The notes under the pieces: generated by a model
The model's input: the letters and a program-made list of their open reading frames with translations, nothing else
Databases searched by the model: none
Told to the model about the DNA's origin: nothing
Translations under genes and position numbers: made by a program
Shown here: piece by piece, positions 57,250 through 64,000 of the stretch
Numbering within the stretch: the stretch's first letter is position 1
Layout of the letters: each line of letters begins with the position of its first letter
NCBI GenBank assembly: GCA_034521595.1
Contig: JAXHMG010000003.1
Location: 2,464,001 to 2,528,000 of the forward strand
From: Gemmatimonadota bacterium
GTDB taxonomy: Bacteria > Gemmatimonadota > Gemmatimonadetes > Longimicrobiales > Gaopeijiaceae
Direction: 5' to 3'
Length of the DNA: 64,000 nt

Positions 57250-58232
57250 ATATCCCCAGGTTTCCGGTATCCCGCCGGCTCTCCGCGCTCGTCCGTCGTA
57301 GCCTTCTCGTGCTCTCGGCGGTCCTCCTCTCCGCCTGCGGTGGTTCCGAACCCGAAGCGCTCCCGTCGGACGGAGAGAACGGCTCCACGGACGCGAGCGA
57401 ACAGAAGGTCCAGCGAACCTACGAACGGAGCTTCGCGTTCATGGCGGAGCTCGGCGACAGCCTCCTGCTGGTGCCCTGGATCATGAGAAACGAGGCTCGG
57501 GCCGACTCCGTCACGCGCGAGGCGGGAGGCTGGCTCGCACGGGGCGGCGAATGGGAGCCCTTCTACCACGAGCGGTGGAGCACCCCCGGAGACCGCGCAC
57601 CGGAAAGGATCCTGCCTCACCGCAGCCTGAGCCTCGTGGTCCGTGACGGAGGCGTGGTCGACGGCCTGCTGTTCCAGGACGGGCTCCGGAACCTCGAGAT
57701 CCTCATGGGTGAGGTGCTCGCGGCCTGGGTCGGACCCAACGGGGAAACGCTCGACGTCATGCGAGGCTCGGCATATTTGTCCGACGAGCGGGTCGATGGG
57801 CGAGTCGTGGACGTGTCTCGGTCCTGGAGCGCCGAAGGCCCACCCGCGGGCGACTGGGCGTTTCTGATCTCCGGGGATTCCGTGGAGCTCGCCCTCGCCG
57901 GCGATGTGGAGCACGGCCTGGATCGTGACCCCGTCTACCGAGGCTGGGCACAGATCGGCGCAGAAGACCTGGTCTGGCCCGAAGTGGACCTCGCGTGGAC
58001 GGACCGCGAAGGGTTCCCGCCGGCGAGACGCGACGTGCCCACGGCTTGGCGCATCCGTTCCGGTGACGGAAGCCTCACCGGCACGCTCGAGAGCGTCAGC
58101 TCGGAGACGCAAGCCGGCGAAGGGCCTGGGCCCCTGCTGCCCGTGCGGGCGCTCGTGGAGGTTTCCGGAGAGATCACGACCGTGGAAGGCCGCTTCCCGG
58201 TGCGAGGGCTGCTCATTCACGAACGCAGGTGA
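57246..58232 (+). CDS. Hypothetical lipoprotein (beta-rich)
   Basis: GTGA overlap; lipobox LSAC. Confidence 0.65.
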   Translation: MNIPRFPVSRRLSALVRRSLLVLSAVLLSACGGSEPEALPSDGENGSTDASEQKVQRTYERSFAFMAELGDSLLLVPWIMRNEARADSVTREAGGWLARGGEWEPFYHERWSTPGDRAPERILPHRSLSLVVRDGGVVDGLLFQDGLRNLEILMGEVLAAWVGPNGETLDVMRGSAYLSDERVDGRVVDVSRSWSAEGPPAGDWAFLISGDSVELALAGDVEHGLDRDPVYRGWAQIGAEDLVWPEVDLAWTDREGFPPARRDVPTAWRIRSGDGSLTGTLESVSSETQAGEGPGPLLPVRALVEVSGEITTVEGRFPVRGLLIHERR

Positions 58233-58238
58233 CGGCAC

Positions 58239-59810
58239 ATGCCCGACGACGTGCTGCGGGCCCTCCTCACCGTCGGCTTTGGGGCGCTCGCCGGTGGGCT
58301 GACCAACACGATCGCCATTTGGATGCTCTTCCATCCTTACGAGCCCCCGCGGCTCTTCGGTCGGTGGCGCCTCACGTTTTTCCAAGGTGCGATCCCCAAG
58401 AGCCAGGGCCGATTGGCCGCAGCGATCGGTCGCACGGTAGGGAACAGGCTCCTCACGCACGAAGACCTGACGCGGACGTTCGCGAACCGCGAGTTTCGCG
58501 AAGCCTTCGACCGCAGGCTGGCCGCATTCCTGGACGAAGTGTTGCACAAGGAGCGGGGTCCGTTGCGCGAGCTGCTTCCCAGCGGAGCCGCCTCGGACAT
58601 GGAAGCGCTCCTCGACGACGCCATCGGCCACGGCATCGAGCAGCTCGAGGCATACCTCGAGAGCGAAGCGTTCGAGGAACAGGTTCGTCGTCGCACGGAC
58701 CAACTGATCGCGACCGTCGCGGACCAGCCGGTGGGCGGCGTGCTCACCCCGGCCCGAGGTGCGGCCGTCGAATCCGCGGTGGACGATTGGCTCGAAAGCG
58801 CCGTCGAGAGCAGCGAATTCACGGTGGCGGTCGACGACTACCTGGATCGCGGCTCGCGCAAGCTCCTGAGTGCGGACAGGACGTTCGAAGACATCCTTCC
58901 CCAGGGATTGGCCGGCTCCGTGGAGCGAGCGATCGCGAGTTATCTACCCCTCGCCGCCGAGCGCCTCGGCGGGCTTCTCGAGGATCCCGAGGCACGGGCG
59001 AAATTCGAGTCGACGATCCACGAGCTCCTCCATCGATTCCTCCGCGACCTCAAGTTCCACCAGCGAGTCATGGCTCGACTCGTGGTGAACGAGGACACCG
59101 TCGATCGCGTGTTGGACACGATCGAAGCCGAAGGAGCCCAACGGCTCTCCGAGATCCTCCAGGACCCGCCGGTCCAGGCCGCCATCGCTCGCAGCGTCAA
59201 CGAAGCGATCATCGACCTGTTGCACCGCCCGGTGGCCGACGTCCTCGGAGACGCCGACGACCCGAGCATTGTCGAAGCAAGGGCGACGTTGAGAGGCTGG
59301 ATCGTGGACATGGCCCGCGACGAAGAGAGCCGAGCGTTCCTGGTCGAGAAGCTCAGGAACGGCCTCGACCGCGCGGGCGCCAAAACCTGGGGAGACGTGC
59401 TCGAGCGCCTGCCCCCGGACCGGATCGCCTCCGCGATCGTCGCGGCGGCACGCACCGACAGCGTGAGTCGGATCGCAACGACCACGGCAGAGCGGGTCGC
59501 GAAGGGTCTACTCGATCGGCCGATCGGTACGCCGTCGCGATGGTTGCCGCCGGACGGAGCCCGGCGCATCGAAGCGGCGATCGGCGATCCGCTGTGGTCG
59601 TGGCTCCAGACCCAGGTGCCCGACGTGGTCGAGCGCATCGACGTGGCCCGTCGGGTCGAGGAAAAGGTTCTCCATTTCCCGACCCCACGCATGGAGGAGC
59701 TCGTCCGCAAGGTCACGGACCGTGAGCTACGGATGATCGTGCGGCTGGGCTACTTGCTCGGAGCGATCATCGGCCTCGCCCTGGTGGCCGTAGACAGCAC
59801 GCTGGGTTGA
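58239..59810 (+). CDS. DUF445 family membrane protein
   Basis: GGLTNTIAIWMLFHP N-terminus; helical middle; ELRMIVRLGYLLGAIIG C-terminus. Confidence 0.88.
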   Translation: MPDDVLRALLTVGFGALAGGLTNTIAIWMLFHPYEPPRLFGRWRLTFFQGAIPKSQGRLAAAIGRTVGNRLLTHEDLTRTFANREFREAFDRRLAAFLDEVLHKERGPLRELLPSGAASDMEALLDDAIGHGIEQLEAYLESEAFEEQVRRRTDQLIATVADQPVGGVLTPARGAAVESAVDDWLESAVESSEFTVAVDDYLDRGSRKLLSADRTFEDILPQGLAGSVERAIASYLPLAAERLGGLLEDPEARAKFESTIHELLHRFLRDLKFHQRVMARLVVNEDTVDRVLDTIEAEGAQRLSEILQDPPVQAAIARSVNEAIIDLLHRPVADVLGDADDPSIVEARATLRGWIVDMARDEESRAFLVEKLRNGLDRAGAKTWGDVLERLPPDRIASAIVAAARTDSVSRIATTTAERVAKGLLDRPIGTPSRWLPPDGARRIEAAIGDPLWSWLQTQVPDVVERIDVARRVEEKVLHFPTPRMEELVRKVTDRELRMIVRLGYLLGAIIGLALVAVDSTLG

Positions 59811-59854
59811 GGGGCGGGACCTCGTCCCGCGCCGTGCCTCGACCGGGAACGGTG

Positions 59855-60106
59855 CTAGCGGTCGTCCGGCGACTCCAGCGTGAATCCACGGCGGTCGCCG
59901 CTACGCCGTCCGGATCGCGCGTTCGCCTTGCGTTGGAACCACGCGAGGGGCGTGAACGCTTTCTTCGTCTTGCGGCGCCGTCTTCCGCCTTCGGCCATGA
60001 TTCGCTCGATCTCCTCCGGCGTCTGCTCATACCGGCCGGGGAGCCCGAGCCAGATACCGAACCCGAGCGCGAGAATGCCGCTGACGACCCAGAACGCTAC
60101 CGTCAC
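59855..60106 (-). CDS. Small single-TM protein with basic tail
   Basis: GTG overlapping the upstream TGA; N-terminal hydrophobic helix; RRRRKTKK. Confidence 0.55.
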   Translation of the reverse strand: MTVAFWVVSGILALGFGIWLGLPGRYEQTPEEIERIMAEGGRRRRKTKKAFTPLAWFQRKANARSGRRSGDRRGFTLESPDDR

Positions 60107-60252
60107 TTCTTCGTAGCGGTCTCGAAGACGAGCAGCCCGAGGCCGATGGAAAGGATGATCGCCACGGCGTTCGTACCGACAGCCACCATCGCGATCACGG
60201 TCCAGAAGATCACGTGCGTGAAGAGGTAGCCACCGGGGACCAGATCGAGCAT
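60103..60252 (-). CDS. 49-aa hydrophobic small protein (not in the ORF track)
   Basis: MLDLVPGGYLFTHVIFWTVIAMVAVGTNAVAIILSIGLGLLVFETATKK*; mostly G/C third codon positions; GTGA overlap with the next gene. Confidence 0.6.
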   Translation of the reverse strand: MLDLVPGGYLFTHVIFWTVIAMVAVGTNAVAIILSIGLGLLVFETATKK

Positions 60253-60340
60253 CGTCTTGACTCTTCGGATGAGGTTGCGATGCGTTGAATATGCTCGCGC
60301 ACACGGCCGCTGTCACCCCCGGAGCAGGGCAGGAACCCTT

Positions 60341-62050
60341 CTAGAAGTCGACGTCCCGAACGCGCCGCACACCGGCGCTCAAGGGAAGCCAGATGGCCAG
60401 CACGGTCAGGCCTACGACTCCGCCGAGGCCAGCCACCACGGGGACGAGCGAGGCGCCCGAAGCTCCATCCCCGTCCAGGCCGGCGCTCAGATACACATAA
60501 ACCGGCCAACCCTCGAGCACGACGACGAGCCCCAGGTAGATGACGGCCGCCATCATGAAGAGCAACCCGCCGAACGAGGTCGGGATCTCGGCCACGTTCT
60601 CGGTCTCGTAGTTCGGGTAGAGCGCGCCGAGCCCCAGGGCGAGGGCGGTCAGCGCGAAGGTCATCGCGACCATCGTGAGGCTCGTGAGCACGAGGATCGG
60701 CCAGGAAGCCTCGAGCACGATGTTCGTCACCACGATGAGCGGGACGGCCACGACCAGGAGCGGGACCGTGCCCACCCAATACTTCGACCAGAAGAGCGCG
60801 CGCACGTCGAGAGGGGACGACCTCAGCAGCCACATCATCCGTCCCTCGACGGACACCGCGGGAAACACGAAGCGCGCCGCGATGGCCGCGACCACGAAGC
60901 CCGCGAGGCCGAGGTTCAGGAAGGATACGACGTTGATGAGCAGGAAGGAGACCTGCTCCCCGGTATAGAGCGGAAGGGCTCCGATGTTGTAGACGTAAAC
61001 GACGACCAAGACAGCCAGAAGAATGAGCTGCGACCACTGGGTCGTGTCCCGGAAGAACGTGCGAACCTCTTTCACGACGACCCCCCGAGTGCTCGGCCGG
61101 AGCCAGAAGAGCAAGCGCTCGGGCAGGATCGACCGGCTCCGCCCTTCGCTCCGCTCCGCACCTTCTTGAGCCCGCGAAAATCCTTCGGGAAAGTACCTCC
61201 GATGGAGCCATGCGCCGATGACGACGAACGCGGCCGCCGTGCTCCAGAGGAACGCGAACGGGAACCAGTCGAAGAAGCCGTTCAGGTACGACATGAGCGT
61301 GTCGGCCACCCACTCGCTGGGTAGCCACGGGGAGGTCGGCGTCTGCAGCACCGCCACGAAGTCCACCAGGTCGCGGAACTCCTCCGGTCTCATGAGTCGC
61401 TCCGGCCGCAGGAACCGGAACAGCGCCACGACCCCGGCCGCGGCGAAGAGTCCGATGAGCGCGAGGAGGTCCCGAGTGCGCCTCGCCGGGAACACGTTCA
61501 CCAGCGCGAGCGTCACCGCGCTCCCCACCACCGCCGGCACGACGAGGAACGGAACCAGCGTCGCGAGGGCCAGCACGTAGTAGCCCCAGTCCGCGGCATA
61601 GACGACCCCGTAAGCCGCCAACAACGGCACGGCGAGCAGGGCGACCATCCAGGAAGAGTCGACGATCGTCTCCGTGAGCCGCGCCGTGTAGACGGTCGCC
61701 GGGTCCGTGGGTGACGCGACCATCAACTCCAGATCTTCCGAGAGAAAGAAGGTCGATAGCGCCGTGATGACATTGGACAGCACCAGGATCATCAGGAACG
61801 TCACGAACGCGAGACCGAGAAGCTTGGCCGACAGGACGTCTCCGATTCCCTGGGTGCCCCGGAAATACAGGAGCATCCGGAAGATCACCGCGAAGATAAG
61901 CCCCCAGAAGAAGATGCCGACCGTTCCGAGCAACACGCCCTTGAACAGCCGTCCCTCTCCGCCCCGAGCCCGGTTGAGCTTCGTCGTGAGCTTCGGCCGG
62001 AGCAGCCAGCCCGCCCCGGCACGCCTCCGAGCCACGGATCCGTCCTTCAT
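60341..62050 (-). CDS. Putative ABC exporter permease (multi-TM)
   Basis: About 12-14 hydrophobic helices; KEVRTFFRD; FPAVSVEG..WLLRSSP; follows the ABC ATPase. Confidence 0.82.
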   Translation of the reverse strand: MKDGSVARRRAGAGWLLRPKLTTKLNRARGGEGRLFKGVLLGTVGIFFWGLIFAVIFRMLLYFRGTQGIGDVLSAKLLGLAFVTFLMILVLSNVITALSTFFLSEDLELMVASPTDPATVYTARLTETIVDSSWMVALLAVPLLAAYGVVYAADWGYYVLALATLVPFLVVPAVVGSAVTLALVNVFPARRTRDLLALIGLFAAAGVVALFRFLRPERLMRPEEFRDLVDFVAVLQTPTSPWLPSEWVADTLMSYLNGFFDWFPFAFLWSTAAAFVVIGAWLHRRYFPEGFSRAQEGAERSEGRSRSILPERLLFWLRPSTRGVVVKEVRTFFRDTTQWSQLILLAVLVVVYVYNIGALPLYTGEQVSFLLINVVSFLNLGLAGFVVAAIAARFVFPAVSVEGRMMWLLRSSPLDVRALFWSKYWVGTVPLLVVAVPLIVVTNIVLEASWPILVLTSLTMVAMTFALTALALGLGALYPNYETENVAEIPTSFGGLLFMMAAVIYLGLVVVLEGWPVYVYLSAGLDGDGASGASLVPVVAGLGGVVGLTVLAIWLPLSAGVRRVRDVDF

Positions 62051-62071
62051 CGTCTTCGCCCACTCGAACGA

Positions 62072-62896
62072 CTAGAGGGCATCGCGCAGGCCGGCGATCA
62101 CGTCCGCCATCACGTCGCCGCCGGTCACCTTCAGAAAGATCTCCTCGAGGTGTGCGCTCCCGGACTCCGCCTGGGCGCGAAGCTCGTCCATGGTACCCGA
62201 GGCGATGATCCGACCTTCCTGAATGATCGAGATCCGGTCGCAAAGAGCCTCGGCGACCTCGAGCGTGTGCGTGGACAGGAAGACCGTGCCCCCTTCGCTC
62301 ACGAAGGTCTGGAGGAGATCCTTCAGAAGCCGTGCGGCCCGGGGATCCAACCCCACCATGGGCTCGTCCACGACGATCAGGTCCGGCTGGTGGATGAGAG
62401 CCGACGCGATCAGGATCTTCTGCCGCATCCCGTGCGAGTAGCTCTCGATGAGCTCGTCCTTCCACGCCACCAGCCCGAAGAGCTCCAGGAGGCGGGCGGC
62501 CCGCTGGTCGGTCTCGGCATCCGCTCGCCCCCACAGCCCGGCCACGAACCGGAGGAACTCCGCACCCGAAAGCTTCTCGTACAGGAAGGGACGGTCGGGG
62601 ATGTAGCCGATGCGAGCCTTCGCCGCCTCGGGCTCACGCTCCATGTCCAGACCGCGCACCAGCACCTGTCCCGCGCTCGGCCGAAGCACGCCCGCGACCA
62701 TACGGATCGTCGTCGTCTTGCCGGCGCCGTTCGGGCCCAGAAAGCCGAAGATCTCGCCGGGCTCCGCGCGGAGGTCGAGCGCCTTGACGGCCTCGAAGTC
62801 ACCGTATCGCTTGACGACGCCTCGCAGATCCAGCATGGGCGTCGCCGGCCGCGCCGGCTCCGTGGCCGGGGACGTCACCGCTACGGGCTCGCTCAT
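62072..62896 (-). CDS. ABC transporter ATP-binding protein
   Basis: GPNGAGKTT, YSHGMRQK, VVDEP and STH. Confidence 0.93.
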   Translation of the reverse strand: MSEPVAVTSPATEPARPATPMLDLRGVVKRYGDFEAVKALDLRAEPGEIFGFLGPNGAGKTTTIRMVAGVLRPSAGQVLVRGLDMEREPEAAKARIGYIPDRPFLYEKLSGAEFLRFVAGLWGRADAETDQRAARLLELFGLVAWKDELIESYSHGMRQKILIASALIHQPDLIVVDEPMVGLDPRAARLLKDLLQTFVSEGGTVFLSTHTLEVAEALCDRISIIQEGRIIASGTMDELRAQAESGSAHLEEIFLKVTGGDVMADVIAGLRDAL

Positions 62897-64000
62897 CAGT
62901 CCGCAGCCTCCCTGTCGAGGACTTCGATATCCAGGTTGCCGATGAGCCGGACGATCTCGACCTGTTGGGCCAACCCGCCCACCACGAACCGGATGTGCGA
63001 AGCGTCGGCCGGGTACTGCCCAAAGGTGGGATCGACGGCCACCCACTCCCCCAACCAGACCTCGGGCCAGGCGTGGTAGAAGAACGCGCCGTTCACGTAC
63101 ACCAAGCCGACCGCGGTGCGCGCGGGTAGGCCGAGGGCCCGGGCGAGCGCGACGTAAAGGACCGTATGCTCGTTGCAGTCGCCGCGCAGCGTCTCGAGCA
63201 CCTGGACCGCATTCGGCATCGAGAAGGTGATGCGCTTGTCGAGCATGCCGTGGACCGAGTTGGTGAGCCCCTCGGCGACGGAAGACGGGTCCTGAGCCCA
63301 GGAGGCCCGGCTCGCCGTGATCTCCCGCGCCCTGTCGATGATGCGTTGGTCGTCGCTCTGGATGAGCGGCTCGGGCTCCAGCGCCTCCCGCAGGTCCATG
63401 CGCTTGTACGGGAGCGTGTACCCGGGAGCGAGCTCGCTGCGATCCTCCCTGCGCACGATCAGGGTGTCGCCTCGGAGGGTCTGACGCCCTCCGTCGAGCT
63501 CGAACCCGCTCAGATCCACGCCCGACAGGCGGAAGCGCAGCTCGTCGAACTCCTCGGCGTTGGAAAGGTCCACGTTGCTCTGGACGGCGGTCGAGAGGAT
63601 CACGTCGTCATCCACCGGAGAGCCCTCCGCGAGACGGCTGTCCTCCTGAGCCTGTCGGGCGAGCTCGTATTCGGTCTTCTCCATGGAGAAGCCCATGGGG
63701 CTGGACGCGCGCAGGATCCGTCCGTCCTCGTCGACCCAACTCTCCACCTGCATCCCGCCGAAGACCTCCGCGATGCGCCACGCCGGCACGGAATCGGACC
63801 GCGCCGGCTCCCAGCGTCCCTCGGCCGATCTCGCGACCGAATCGGTGACGACGAGCGTGTCGCGCTCGAGGACGCGCACTTCCACCGTCCGAGTGGACAA
63901 GGCGGTCGGATCGAATACCGGAAGCTGCACGCGGTTGCCCACCTCGAGATCCCCTCCCATCGCGACCCGGATCGGGACGAGGTTCGCGAAGACCGGAGGT
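62896..64000 (-). CDS. Transglutaminase-like domain protein (N-terminus outside the window)
   Basis: GDCNEH, HAWPEV and VDPT (Cys-His-Asp triad); TGATG overlap with the ATPase. Confidence 0.85.
   Translation of the reverse strand, partial: PPVFANLVPIRVAMGGDLEVGNRVQLPVFDPTALSTRTVEVRVLERDTLVVTDSVARSAEGRWEPARSDSVPAWRIAEVFGGMQVESWVDEDGRILRASSPMGFSMEKTEYELARQAQEDSRLAEGSPVDDDVILSTAVQSNVDLSNAEEFDELRFRLSGVDLSGFELDGGRQTLRGDTLIVRREDRSELAPGYTLPYKRMDLREALEPEPLIQSDDQRIIDRAREITASRASWAQDPSSVAEGLTNSVHGMLDKRITFSMPNAVQVLETLRGDCNEHTVLYVALARALGLPARTAVGLVYVNGAFFYHAWPEVWLGEWVAVDPTFGQYPADASHIRFVVGGLAQQVEIVRLIGNLDIEVLDREAAD

Overview
A GC-rich, densely coded 64 kb bacterial chromosome segment. SusC/SusD-type genes, many lipoproteins and high GC suggest a Gemmatimonadota-like organism (inference only). 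I saw no mobile element, prophage or CRISPR array. Contents in order: a membrane spermidine-synthase-like gene; an apbE + NosR-like flavinylation pair; a secreted creatininase-family protein; a glycogen cluster (tandem GH57 fusion, glgA, glgB, glgP); a SusC/SusD pair; tRNA-Lys(CTT); a five-gene multiheme cytochrome/porin operon; metabolic genes (acyl-CoA dehydrogenase, IDH/IPMDH-family, cupin, SDRs, ilvE, LeuA-family); an atypical CcmH; a split TRAP transporter; phoBR-pstSCAB-phoU; a TonB-dependent receptor + lipoprotein operon; and a transglutaminase-like/ABC transporter operon. The standout is the operon at 22.9-29.4 kb. It encodes a 9-heme lipoprotein, a membrane-anchored NapC/NirT-type protein extended to 20 hemes, a predicted beta-barrel, a 16-heme secreted cytochrome and a TPR lipoprotein (41 CxxCH + 4 CxxxxCH motifs counted by eye). 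It looks like a self-contained quinol-to-cell-surface electron conduit. A shared GTTAC-N6-GTTAC Pho-box-like motif links pstS with the TonB-dependent receptor operon. All family calls come from motif recognition without database searches, and several starts were re-chosen using RBS or gene-overlap evidence.
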